A stretch of 64,000 nt of DNA, taken from the NCBI GenBank assembly GCA_013265495.1, contig MU058289.1:62001-126000 (forward strand), read 5' to 3'. The position numbers were made by a program, and so were the translations under genes. Origin of the DNA: Vicugna vicugna. Its lineage: Eukaryota. The notes beneath the pieces are model-generated. The model worked only from the letters and a program-made list of their open reading frames with translations. It was not told the DNA's origin and did not search any database. Below, one piece after another: positions 14,505-26,700 of this stretch (position 1 is its first letter; each line of letters begins with the position of its first letter).

Positions 14505-14785
14505 TTAAAAATATAGATGCCTTATTTATATGAAATGCCCTATACAGGCAAATTCAGAGACACAGAATTAGTGGTTCTCTGCCACTGGTGATTGCCAGGG
14601 GCGGGAGGGAGTGGGGAGTGGCGGCTTAATGGGCGGCCAGGTTTCCGTCTGGGGTGACGAGAGTGTTCTGGAACTAGACAGTGGCGACGACTGCGGGACA
14701 CTGGGAATGTACGGCAGACCACTGAGCTGTATACTTTAAAATGATCAAATGGGAAATCTTATGTGAATCTTACCTCAATTAAAAT
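14505..14785 (+). mobile_element. L1MB-type 3' end (unusually CpG-rich)
   Basis: atttatatgaaatg...aggcaaattcagagacacagaa...tatgtgaatcttacctcaattaaaa. Confidence 0.65.
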
Positions 14786-14948
14786 GCATGTATTACTTTT
14801 AAAATATGTATGTAGAAATGTCTGTACACACATGCCTTGGCCCTCTTCTTGTACATTCTGACTCAGTGTGGGGTGGTTCTTGGACATTTGTTTTGTTAAA
14901 AGGCTTCCTGGATGATTCTGATCTCTCCTAATTGAGAACCACTGGCTT

Positions 14949-15072
14949 GGGGAGGGTGTAGCTCAGTGGTAGAGCACATGCTTAGCATGCACGAGTTCCT
15001 GGGTTCAATCCCCAGTACCCCCTCTAAGAATAAATAAATAAACCTAATTACCTCCCCTAACCAAAAAAAAAA
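14949..15072 (+). mobile_element. tRNA-Ala-derived SINE (Vic-1 type)
   Basis: Perfect 14-bp TSD agaaccactggctt at 14935 and 15073. Confidence 0.88.
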
Positions 15073-15296
15073 AGAACCACTGGCTTAACTTGTTTTCTTT
15101 CTCCTTTCTGGCACCATTTGAGCCATCACATTTGTGCTTTTGTGGGCTTTTAGAAGTTGTACGGCAATATTTGAGACCTACACAAGCAATTCATCTATTG
15201 TGGTTATAATTTTCACTTTGTCTCTCTAATCTGCTGTAGAATTTCTTTATTTCTCTTAAAAGAGAACAAGTTGCATGTAATTTTTTTTCCCTCTAG

Positions 15297-16567
15297 ATTT
15301 GGAGTCCAAGTGTGAGAAATTTCTACAAAAAGATATCTTTGAAGTAGAGTCATTCAATTGGGAGCTAATGGAAGACTTTAAATGCTGTGATTTTGAGGGC
15401 TCCAGTTTCAGAGATAACTGGGCATACAGAGGCCAGTTTGAAAGACAACAAGTAAATCATGAGTGCTGTTTCAACCAAGTGAAAATTGCCTATGAGAACA
15501 TGCCCACTTTTGAGCATCATATGTCCCTCCCCCTACGGCACAGCAACGAGACCGGCGAGAAGCTGACAGAATGTCATGAATGCGGGAAAGCCTTCAGCCG
15601 TGGCTCACACCTTACTCAACATCAGAAAACTCACACTGGTGAAAAGCCCTTTGAATGCAAAGACTGCGGGAAGGCCTTTAGTCGTACCTCCCACCTCGTT
15701 CAACATCAGCGAATTCATACAGGTGAGAAACCTTATGACTGTAAGGACTGTGGGAAGGCCTTTGGTCGCACTTCAGAACTCATTCTGCATCAGAGACTTC
15801 ATACGGGAGTCAAACCCTATGAGTGTAAAGAATGCGGAAAGGCCTTCAGACAGCACTCGCAACTTATTCTGCACCGTAGAACTCATACAGGTGAGAAACC
15901 CTATGTATGCAAAGACTGCGGCAAGGCTTTTATTCGTGGTTCACAACTTACTGTTCATCGGAGAATTCACACAGGGGCTAGACCCTATCAGTGTCAGGAA
16001 TGTGGGAAGGCCTTTAGACAGCATTCACAGCTTACTGTCCATCAGAGGATTCATACTGGGGAGAAACCCTATGAATGTAAGGAATGTGGAAAGGGCTTTA
16101 TTCATAGCTCAGAAGTTACTCGACATCAAAGAATTCATTCTGGGGAGAAACCTTACGAATGTAAGGAATGCGGGAAGGCCTTCCGACAGCACGCACAGCT
16201 TACACGACATCAGAGAGTTCACACTGGTGACAGACCCTACGAATGTAAGGACTGTGGGAAGGCCTTTAGTCGTAGTTCATACCTTATTCAGCATCAGAGA
16301 ATTCATACAGGTGACAAGCCCTACGAATGTAAGGAATGTGGGAAAGCCTTTATTCGGGTTTCACAGCTGACTCACCATCAGCGAATCCATACCTGTGAGA
16401 AACCCTATCAGTGTAGGGAATGTGGAATGGCCTTTATTCGTAGTTCACAACTTACAGAACATCAGAGAATTCATCCCGGTATCAAACCTTATGAATGTAG
16501 AGATTGTGGGCAGGCCTTTATCCTTGGCTCACAGCTCATTGAACACTACAGAATTCATACTGGTTAG
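15297..16567 (+). CDS. ZNF565: ZNF565 last coding exon: spacer plus 12 tandem C2H2 zinc fingers
   Basis: Acceptor ctctAG ends at 15296. ORF 15299-16567 has 12 CxxC...HxxxH units with TGEKP-type linkers. Spliced CDS 9+127+96+1271=1503 nt (500 aa). The symbol rests on recalled sequence and synteny with COX7A1/CAPNS1. Confidence 0.93.
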
Positions 16568-17270
16568 AAAGCCTTGATGTTCGGGGTGTGGGAAAGCCTT
16601 CATATGGAATCCACGCCTGACTCAGTATTAGATAACGCGTAATGTAATGTGATTATTGGCAGAGAACCTTCATTTGTCCCTTCCGTTATGGAACATCAGA
16701 TAACCCTGATGAACGCAGAAGAGAATTCAATAAATGTGGGAATTTTTTTTGCCTCACACTCACTGTTTACTAAGCATCAGAGAGTTTATATGGAAAAAAA
16801 AAAGTAATATGAATATAGAAAAGCCTCCTGTTACTACTCAAAGTGTGTTAAACTTCTGAGAACTCCCAATAGAAAATGACCCTCTTAAAATATTTTGTGA
16901 ATGTGCCTTTTGCCATACACCTTACTTAACATTATCTCACTTCCGCCAACTACTGACTGTATAGCATTGGGCAAATTACGCAATGTCTTTGTTCCTCAGT
17001 TTACTTATTTTTAAGCAGTAATAATTATACCTACCTAACAGAGTTTTCACGAGGACTGCCAGATATTTTATATAAAGCCTATGCTCAATAAATACTAGTT
17101 ACTGTCAATAACAGTATTACTTTATACTAATATTTAAGTAGTAATAAACTTAAGGCATGTGTGTGAGAGGAGAGCCTTATGAATGTATCAAATATCAAAA
17201 AGCCTTGTTAGGATGATTCATTCTGAAGAACAGTAGTAAAGTGTCATTATCATGAGAAGGTCTTCATTTT
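16568..17270 (+). other. ZNF565 3'UTR containing decayed zinc-finger coding remnants, interrupted by a MIR (~16940-17100)
   Basis: Fragments tgtgggaaagccttc, aaatgtggga, catcagagagttt and ccttatgaatgt with stops and frameshifts. Confidence 0.65.
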
Positions 17271-18673
17271 TAAAACATTAAAAAAAAATTTTTAATGTTA
17301 TAAATTTTGAAGATTAGAAATTAACAAAAGAGTAGCAAAAAGAAATCTGCCCATTTAGAAATCTAAAACCACCTCCAAATATAACTACATCTCAAGAGAA
17401 GCAAAACTAAAATTACAAACTAGAAATGAACAGCGGTGAATTCTGCATCTCAAAACCAGATCAGTGTAGCCAAAGCTAAACTCTTGTCAGAACCCAAGGA
17501 CTGAAGGTAGGGCCTTTGTTCTACAAATACAGATCTCCAGCACCTACTCATTGCCAGTAACTTAGTATTTTTGCTCTTTCAAACAATCCTATAATAAATA
17601 TCCTTACCCATATATTATTTTGTATATGTGTGCTGTATCTTTAAGATGAATTTCTAAATGTGAAAATGTTAGATCAAAATATGTACACTTTTAAAAAACT
17701 TTCTATTCTTACAGAATCATACAGTGTACCCCAGGGCCTCGTGACTGGCTTCAATAATTTATCAGCTCATGGCCAGGCTTCTTTTATCTGTATTTCCAGC
17801 CACTCCCCAACCTCCATGTTATTTTTGAAGTAAACCCCAGATACATCATTTCATCTATAAAAATTTGTATATACCTGTAAAATATATCACAACTTTAGAA
17901 AAGACGTTCCCACCTTTAAAAAATTGACAATACTGCCTTAATGCCATTACATATCTGACAGCCAGTGTTCCAATTACTAATTGTTTATTAAATGTCAATT
18001 TTTTAAGAAGGTTTCAGGATCCAAATGTCCACAAATTGCAGTTGCTTGTTAATGTTTCTTAAGTCTCAATCTATGCATTCTCTTTCATCCTTTTTTTTCC
18101 CCCCACTGGCAATTTTTTGAAGAGACTAGTTTGTTTGCCTTGTAGAGTTTCTCAGAGCTTCGTTTTTGCTGGCTACATCCCCTCGGGTAGTTTAACCTGC
18201 TCCTCTTCCCTTGGTATATCTTATAAGTTGGTCATTATCTAGAGGCACGATCAACTTTTTTGTTGTTGTTAACACTGAGAGACATACTATTCAGATGTCT
18301 TTGTTATGGTGTTAGCAGCCATTGATGTTCAATTGATAAATCTGTTTATTAGGGATTGCAAAATGATATATTATCTCTTCCTTTATTAACAAATATTTTT
18401 ATGAAGAAAAACTTCTTTCAACTACTCTTTGGTTACCCATGTTACAATAAGGAAAAGCAGGATAAATGCTTCTTCTTTCTCTTTATTGGTTTGCAAAATA
18501 ATGACTTGGTACCCGAGCATTCTAGCATGGTAACCAGTGAGTTTGGGGGACTGTGTGTGTGAAGCATGTGCAGTATGTTTAAGTCCGTTTAAGCTGTACT
18601 TTCACTGATGCTCGAATTGTTCCATGCTTAGTATGTGGCATCCTCTTCCAGTTGGCTCCTCTGTTCTTTTAAC

Positions 18674-18762
18674 TTTTTTTTTTTTAATGGAGCTACTGGA
18701 GATTGAACCCAGGACCTTGTGTATGCTAAGCATGTGCTCTACCACTAAGCTATACCCTCCCC
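18674..18762 (-). mobile_element. tRNA-Ala-derived SINE (Vic-1 type)
   Basis: Same consensus, poly-T on the + strand, imperfect TSD. Confidence 0.8.
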
Positions 18763-21700
18763 ACTCCTGTGTCCTTTTGATATGACCCCCCCTAGTCTGA
18801 TCACTGTCTGCCACAACAGGATGTTCCAGGCTCATCTTGTTCATTTCCTACCTCCCACCTTGAAGTAGCCATTTTCCAAGGAGTCCTCTTTCCTTTTGGA
18901 ATTTTGGTACTTTCCAAAATGGTATTTGCAAACCACAGTTGGGTCACTAGGACTGCTTCATTCTCCTGGTTGGACATTTTTTAGATAAACATACATTTTA
19001 AGCCATTTTATACACATTGCTCAAGTGCCTTCAGGAAGATTATGCATCTGAGTGTCTGCCCACTTTAGAAGAGATCCCAAAGCACCACATTCATCTAACC
19101 TTGAGAAAGCATCACTGTTTGATGGGTGAAAAGTTGTTTTTGTTTTCACTTGCATTCCTTTGATTGATTTGTTCACGTATTTGTTGACCATTGGTGTTGC
19201 TTTCAGCATGGTACCTAAAATATAGTAGGTGCTCAATAAATACTGTGAATTGAATAAGTTCATTGTAAGTTCATATCCTTTATTCATTTAATATTGAGGT
19301 AGTCATATTTTTCTTACTTAAAAGAGCTATTTTTGAAAGGAATAAGTATGTATAAATTTCCTAGTACAACGTCTGAAACTCACCAAGTGTTAGTTCCCTG
19401 CCTTGTTACTTGCCTGCATCGTCATTCATGTCTGATTTGGCTTATTTTTCTACTTTAAGATAAAGGAATTGAGAGTCAAAGAGATTAAGTAGTTTGTGCA
19501 AGGTGTCTTAAGTGGAGAATCCTAATTTCAAAGACAAGGGCAAGACAGGATAGGATAAAGGTCCATGTTACAACTTTCAGAGTGTATGACTGAAAAGGAA
19601 AAAAGTCAGTGTTTTTTCAGATAATCTGTAAAATGCAGTCAGTTCATGGTCCAAACACAGAAAGTGGCAATGCTAGGATCTAAGGTATGAAAGAGATTAA
19701 TAAGGATCGTCTTTAAGCTTTTTTTTGTCTTGTCCTTATAAAAAAGTAAAAATGCTCAAATAGAATACAGAGAATATAGAAAGATGGGAGGGAAAAACAT
19801 TTTTATCGTACCTTACCCATAAGTGTTATCATTTTTGCATATTTCCTCCTAGCTTCTATTTCTGAAAATACATATTTTGTCTTTATTATGGAAAACTTCA
19901 AACATACACAAAACTAAGAAAGTAAGTACAGCGAACCCTCACATTCTTATCACCCTGTATAAAAACCACCAACTGATGGCCAGTGGTATTTGTCTGAAGC
20001 CACATCTAGTAATTCTTTCACTGGATTCTTTCCAAAGTTGAACTCAGACGTTATATGATGACATCTGAAAACATTTCAGTAATTATCTTTTTTTCTTTGT
20101 TATGGAAATATAGTCAGTTTACAATGTTGTGTCAATTTCTGGTGTACAGCATGTTTCAGTCATACATGTGCATACATATATTCATTTTCATATTCTTTTT
20201 CATTATAGGTTACTACAAAATACTAAATATAGTTCCCTGTGCTATACAGAGTAAACTTTTTAATCTATTTTATATATAGTTGTTAGTATCTGCAAATCTC
20301 GAACTCCCAATGTATCTCTTCCCACCCCCCTTTGAGGAATTATCTCTTAAAGGGACTTAAAAATATCAGTAAGAATTTATAATCCTGAGCCATTAGTAGG
20401 GAGAACAATAAAATTTTCTACCAAATCCGGTTTAAGCTGATTCTTATTGTGTTGGCAGAGAACGTTGCTTCATATGTATTTGGAGAATTAGGAATTTAGG
20501 AAAAGGTTTTCCTAGAAACAACATTCTTTTCCAAAGTTCTCTCTTTTCTTTTCAAAAAAGAAAAAATTTCAGACACAATCATGAAATGTGAAGGGGTTTT
20601 TTTGTTTGTTTGTATTAAAAAAAATTGACTAACTTGGTACAACTTTTAGTAGAATTCTGAATCTTTGATGTGTTGAGAATTGTATCTGTTTCTTTGCTCG
20701 TAGGAGGCAGTCAGGTATTTGTTGGATGACTGAGTTAATAAATTAGGTTAATGATAGAATATTTTTCTGGGGAGAAGATGCAAGTGGAGAACCTTCCTTT
20801 CACAAAAAAAATAATAAAAAAATAGATATAGATGTGAAATTCCACACTTAGAAGTCACCATGCCTTAAACCCTGGCTAAAGAAGAATTTCACACATCATT
20901 CCAAAGACTTCATGTATTTTAATTTTGGAAATAAAGTTTGATATTTCATCTTTGTTAGATTCGTAAGCAACATTAATGATGGACCAAGTTGCTTCACGAC
21001 TCCAGCTAGAAATTCCACAGGCATCTCAAATGTAATATCTAAAACCAGGTCTGTAATTCCACTACCCTCACCTTATAGCCCTCAGATCCTCTTTTTCTTC
21101 CATGTTTCTAATACATCTTATCTAACGATGTCACAGTCTGCCTAGTCTCCCCCGTCAGAAATAGGCTGTCAACTAAGACTTCTGGTACCTTATCTTCCAT
21201 ATTGAAAATAATTAGCTTTAGAATCGGGTCTGGACTCTATCACTAGCTAGCTGATGATAACCTAGCATCCCTAAGCTTCAATTTGGGGCTCAAGATAATA
21301 CTTCAGGGAGTTATCATGAAAGCTTAAAACTGAAGAAACTGGCAGAGTTTCCAGCACATAATAAGCCTAAAACCAGAAAGGAAAGTTTGATATTACATAG
21401 CAACTCAAAAGTTTCATAAGTTACAGAGGTAACTGCAGACATACCTAAACAACTGAGCCATTCCTGGTCATAAGTAAGTTCCTCTAACTCGGTCCTTTCA
21501 GTGAATGGCCCCCCATTGCCCACCCAGTTCCCCAAAGCAGACACTCAGGAACCATCCTCGGCCTCCCTCTCCCTGATGATTATGAAATCTCTTTTGCTTC
21601 TACTGCTAGGACGTTTCTGGAACACACACCCCTTTCCTGAGTGCCACAAAGAGGTACTTTAGGGTGACAGGTCCTGCAGCCAGAATTCCTGAGTTCAGAT

Positions 21701-21874
21701 TCAAGTACTGCAGCTTTACTTGCCAAGTGGCCTTGAACCAGTTTCATAATTTGTACCTAGGTGGTAATTTTCACGTGAGGAGATAAATAATCAATGCTTA
21801 GAACATGCCTGGGCCATAGTGAAGGTTGAGGACATTCACTTTTACTGCAATTCAGTTCAACAATATTTATTGAG

Positions 21875-22013
21875 GGGGGAGGGTATAGCTCAAATGGTAG
21901 AGCACACGCTTAGCATGCACGAGATCCTGGATTCAATCCCTTATCTAAAATAAGTAAACAAATAGACCTAATTACCTCCCTCTCTCCCCCAAAAAATTTT
22001 TTAAAAAATTTTA
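21875..22013 (+). mobile_element. tRNA-Ala-derived SINE (Vic-1 type) inserted into an L2 3' end
   Basis: TSD core tatttattgag on both sides. Confidence 0.8.
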
Positions 22014-22727
22014 AACCAGTATTTATTGAGCACCTACTATATGCCAGGCACTCTTCTAGGCACTGGGGATACAGCAGTGAAAACAAACAAAAAGCCCCAC
22101 CTTCATGGAGGCTGTATCCCAATGGGGGAAGAAGGACCACCATAAGGAATACATTTTGTAGTGTGTTGGAAGGTGTTATGCATTAAGGTGTGAAAAGATC
22201 AAGGTAAAGATCAGGAAGGGGAGGGAGGTTGCAGTTACAGTCATTACTATTTACTATCATTACCAAATATTTGAGAATTATTTATTTAGATACATTCATA
22301 CTTACACATGTTTTTTCTTTATTAATTAATGAACTGGTATTGTTACCATTTATAATGACTAAGTGCTGATTATTATGGAGTAAAATCAGCTCCCTCTTCC
22401 TTTCTCGCCCACATTGCCAGGAGATGTGTAACAGCCCCATTTTACAAAGGAAGAAACAGACATGGGGTGGTTAAAGCTAATCAAGCAGCAGGACTAGGAT
22501 CTGAATCCACATTGGGATTCTTAGCAAGCCCAGTAAGATACCTCCGAAAGATAGTCAGAATATTAACAGGCAGTGGGAAAAAGCAAAGCTGAAGTGATTT
22601 AAAGCCGGAACAGTCCTCAAGGCTAGCACCATTTAAGCACTTGCCAGGCCAGTCCTGGTGCCAGGCCTCCATTTTCAGTCATCCTCAACCACAGGGTTAC
22701 AGACAGGACCAAACCGAAGCAGCTTGC

Positions 22728-23165
22728 TGTTAGGCTGAACCATGGCTTCCCAAAGATGACCACATCTTAATCCCTAGAATCTTATATGGCAAAAGGGACT
22801 TTGCAGATAGGATTCAGGGAAGGGTGTTGAGATGGGGAGATTGTCCTGGATTATCCAGGTGGGCCCACTGTAATCATAGGGCTCTTAAAAGAAGGAGCCA
22901 GGACATCAGAGTGAGTATCAGGAGATGTGACAATACAAGCAAAAGGCTGCAGTGATTCAAGGAAGAGGTCACAAGCGAAGGAATGCAGGAGGCCTCTGAA
23001 TGCTGGAAAAGACAAGGAAATGGACTACCCCTCAGAGCCTCCAGAACCAGCCCTGCCAACATCTTAACTTTTGCCCAGTGAAACTGACTTTGGACTTTTA
23101 TCTCCATAACTAGAGAATAAATTTACATTGCTTTAAGCCACTCTGGTAGCAGAAAACTGATACAA
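22728..23165 (+). mobile_element. MaLR LTR (MLT1D/E-like)
   Basis: ggcaaaagggactttgcagat, cctggattatccaggtgggccc, and terminal aaactgataca. Confidence 0.75.
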
Positions 23166-24538
23166 TGGCCAAAATTTGAAGGATATTTGTTTGGACAAAA
23201 TTTCAGGAAGTTATTCCTTACTAATTATATTATAAAAATAAAATATTATATAATAAAAACTATACATTATAAAAGTATATTATTATATATTATGATTACT
23301 ATAATAGTAGGCTATGATGTTTAATAATATGTATATAATAATTATATTATTATCAAGAGATAACAAAATGATATATTGTTTTGGAATAGTCTTGGGAAGC
23401 AAACTTGAAAAATATGTCTTAAGTCCTATTTATATGCTCACAAATGCTAGTGTAAAGTTAGGTACATTCCATATGTTTTCAAAATACAGAATAAGAAAAC
23501 AAAGGAAAAGCTGAAAGGAATCAAATTTTCACTCTCCAAAATGCATTAAGTGAAAGAAATCTTGCCTTTAGGAAATAGTAACATTATCTTGGAAAAGCAT
23601 CAGAAAGGCTTTAAAAGCATACATTATCAGATATATAAACCTAGTTTACAAAACACTGGGACCATTTTTTAAAAGATGATTCTCTCTCTCATTGGATGCT
23701 CTTGGCACTACACTTTACACTTGTCTATCATCTTATTTTTGACCACAAGGTTCACAACTGTCTCTGGGTATGAGGAGGAAAGGAAGGAAGGAATGGTGAC
23801 TACTAAGAGGCTTTTTGGAAATTTTCAGAAAAGTTTGCCCCTTTAGTCAAAGTTCTGAGTTTAATTTCATACTGGCACTTCCACTTAGTTATGAAATGAA
23901 ATTCAAGAGAATTTTATCTACTGCTAGCAAAGTAAGTGTTCAACTGAATTTCAGTTACAAACTTTCAGAGCATTTTTTGGAAAGGATGTTATCAAATGAG
24001 ACTTTTAAAAAATCCAGATGTGCATCTTATTTGAACTAATATTAATTGTCCTTAGAATGGATGGGTTTATTATTAGAAGAAAAAGAATGATGACATGGAG
24101 AGATGTGTTCAAGTTCCACTGCTGGATGTGGAGGCATAAATGATGGAAATACTGAGAGACATGATTGATTCAGCAGACTTCTTGGAGCCACATTATAAAA
24201 GGAAATCAATGCAAGATTTTATAATGAATATTAGTTTAATGGTTTTATCAAATGTATAAAACTCAGTGAAAATGTCATGCCCCAGTATATTTCTCTGTAG
24301 TTATATTATTGCAAAAAATTTTCATTAAAGATACATGAACAGACAGCAACCACCTGTTGATATGTCCAGAGGATGCTGTAACATGCTGCCCAGGTCACTG
24401 TTTCAGGACCAAAGCACTCAGTCCTTCATCTGCCTGGAGCATTGGCTAGCGATGCTTTGCAACCGAGTTCCTCTCAGTGAATGCTCTCAGCTAAAGAAAG
24501 ATTTCCATGTAATATCCCCTTCCCAGAGATCGCTTATA

Positions 24539-24848
24539 CATGCATACATCAGACACTGTGAGTTTGGTTCCAGACCACCACAGTAAAGAGAATACTGCAA
24601 TAAAGTGAGTCACACACGTTCTTAGTTTCCCAGTGCATATGAAAGTTACATTTATACTGCAGTCTATTGAGTGTGTAATAGCACTATATCTTGTTTTTAA
24701 GTACATATCTTAATTTTAAAATACTTTATTGCTGAGAAGTGCTAAGCTTCATCTGACAACACAGGGTTGCCATAAACCTTTCATTTGTAAAAACCACAAT
24801 AGCTACAAAGCTCCATAAAGTGAAGCGCAATGAAACGAGGCATGCCTG
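24539..24848. mobile_element. Internally deleted Tigger1-like Tc1/mariner element
   Basis: TA-flanked inverted ends catgcatacatc...gaggcatgcctg; contains gttccagaccaccacagtaaag. Confidence 0.75.
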
Positions 24849-25827
24849 TATCCAATTACTAGTTGATGCTGGGGATTCCAGACCCATTGTCCCAACTTGG
24901 AAAACTCTGTGGGGCCATCCAGGTTCCACAGCTCGCCTAGGCCTGATACAGAACACTCCAGGAAGAGGCCCTCCCAGGGCTGAGGTCCAGATGTTGTTGG
25001 AGAGGACATGGCATAGCTCACTGAATGGCAGAGAAGTGCTGGTGGATCTTGCTGGAAGTCTGCCCTTTGGAACTTGTTAGAAATCCACCTCCAGTGTGTC
25101 AAGGAAAGCTGTTTGAGGGGAAGTGTCTCACCTGGGCACTCTGCTATAAAACCACCCAAGGGCCGTACTAAGGAAAGCCGCTGGCCACTAGGTGTTGCTT
25201 GGCGGACACGCCCTGTGGTACAGACCCCGGGTGCTGGAGAAGCTGGGAACGAACGCTGTCAGAACCTGGTGCTAGAGAAACTGCCCACACTGCAGGAGCT
25301 GGGCACTGGGGAAGCCAAGCACGCTGTAGGAGCCTGACAACTGAACACACTAGAACCAGGACACAAACCCTTTTTCACCCTGCAGTCTCTCTCCATCAGC
25401 CTCTACGGGTGAAGCTTATCAACACACCAGCTGGCAAAGGAAAAACAGTTTTTCAGTGGGCCCATATTCACTTTCACAGAGCAGACAAAAGGGCAAATTT
25501 AGAGCTAAAAGGCAATAAATCAACAATCAGCACAATCGACCCCTTAGACTAATTAGCATCGATATGCACCCTCTGCACACATGTGAACCCCTATCCAACA
25601 GCGGCAAGAACTTCTTGTCTCTAACAAGCTATAGCTGTCCTCCTTCCAAATGAAGAAATTATCACTCTCCAAATGAGGAGATGCATGAACCCAAGAGTCA
25701 CTGTATCCATCACTGGCTATATTCACTACTCCTCAAATTCTGTCAAAGTCTGACAGAATGCTACTCTAAGGCCCAAATGTAAATTAACTTCCAACAACTT
25801 GCTTATAAAATAAAAACGAATGAAGGA

Positions 25828-26700
25828 GGCAGTGCGATCAGCGGTCCTGCAGATCTGTCTCTTGCTTCAATAGTGTTTGGACAAATAGACCCAGGGATGG
25901 CACTTGCTCAACCGTTTTTCCCAGGCGCAACCTTCACAACCAGCCACTCTGCTATCCTCGGCCACCGGGAGACCAGCCAACACCATTTTTAGAGTTTAAC
26001 TTCTTATTACCCAACAACCATGAGCTCCCAGATTTGTCAGAATTATTCCACCACAGTGAAATCCACCGTCAACCAGCTGGTCAACATGCATCTCTCTGCG
26101 GGCCTCCTACACCTACCTCTCTCTGGGCTTCTATTTCGTCCGCAATGATGTGGCTCTGGAGTGCGGGGGCCACTTCTGTGAACTGGCCGAGGAGAAGCGC
26201 AAGGGCGCTTGAAAATGCAAAACCAGCACGTCAGCTGCACCCTCTTCCAGGACGTGCAGAAGCCATCCCGAGATGAATGGGGTAAAAACCAGGACGCTAT
26301 GGAAGCTGTCATTGTCCTGGAGAAGAACCTGAACCAGGCCCTTTTGGATCTGCATGCCCTGGGTTCTGCCCGCGCAGACCCCCACCTCTGTGACTTCCGG
26401 GAGGGCCACTTCCTGGATAAGCAGGTGAAACTCATCAAGAAGAAGGGCGACCACCTGACTCACCTCCACAGGCTTTCTGGTTTCCAGGCTGGGCTGGGTG
26501 AGCATCTCTCCCAAAGGCTCACCCTCAAGCACGACCAGGAGCCTCTGCAACCCCGCGGCCTTTGCGGAGCTCCTCTGGTGTCAGGGCTTCTGCCTGAAGC
26601 CTCTCTCTGCGGTCACCAGGCAGCTTTTTAACCATCCTGGAGCCCTCTCCCAAGCCTCGGACCAACTAGAACAATAAAGCTTTTGAAGAAAAAAAAAAAA
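25828..26700 (+). pseudogene. FTL: Processed ferritin light chain pseudogene (5'UTR with IRE, intronless disrupted CDS 26020-26538, AATAAA, poly-A)
   Basis: Starts MSSQICQNYS at 26020. Frameshift after VNMHL and premature TGA at 26146-26148. The 3' half reads [27 protein letters not shown]...RLTLKHD. Stop codon changed to CAG (26536). AATAAA at 26673, A-tail to 26700, no introns. Confidence 0.95.
25854..25890 (+). promoter_or_regulatory. Degenerate iron-responsive element (IRE) copied with the FTL pseudogene
   Basis: tctgtctcttgcttcaa-TAGTGT-ttggacaaataga matches the ferritin-L IRE stem; the loop CAGTGT is changed to TAGTGT (25871-25876). Confidence 0.8.

Noticed and set aside
14949..15025. 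tRNA-Ala(AGC)-like sequences (also 4841, 13320, 18674, 21875, 33310, 57983)
   Set aside because: These are SINE copies with A-rich tails, TSDs and mutated stems, not tRNA genes.
15576..16370. 264-aa ORF overlapping ZNF565 in the +1 frame
   Set aside because: Shadow of repetitive C2H2 codon usage, which rarely produces stops in this frame; no independent evidence of coding.
15400..16567. Regular 84-nt periodicity that could be mistaken for a repeat array or CRISPR
   Set aside because: It is the zinc-finger coding repeat; there is no CRISPR or prokaryotic system in this eukaryotic window.
26043..26550. Minus-strand ORFs of 131 and 139 aa
   Set aside because: Antisense shadows of the FTL pseudogene.
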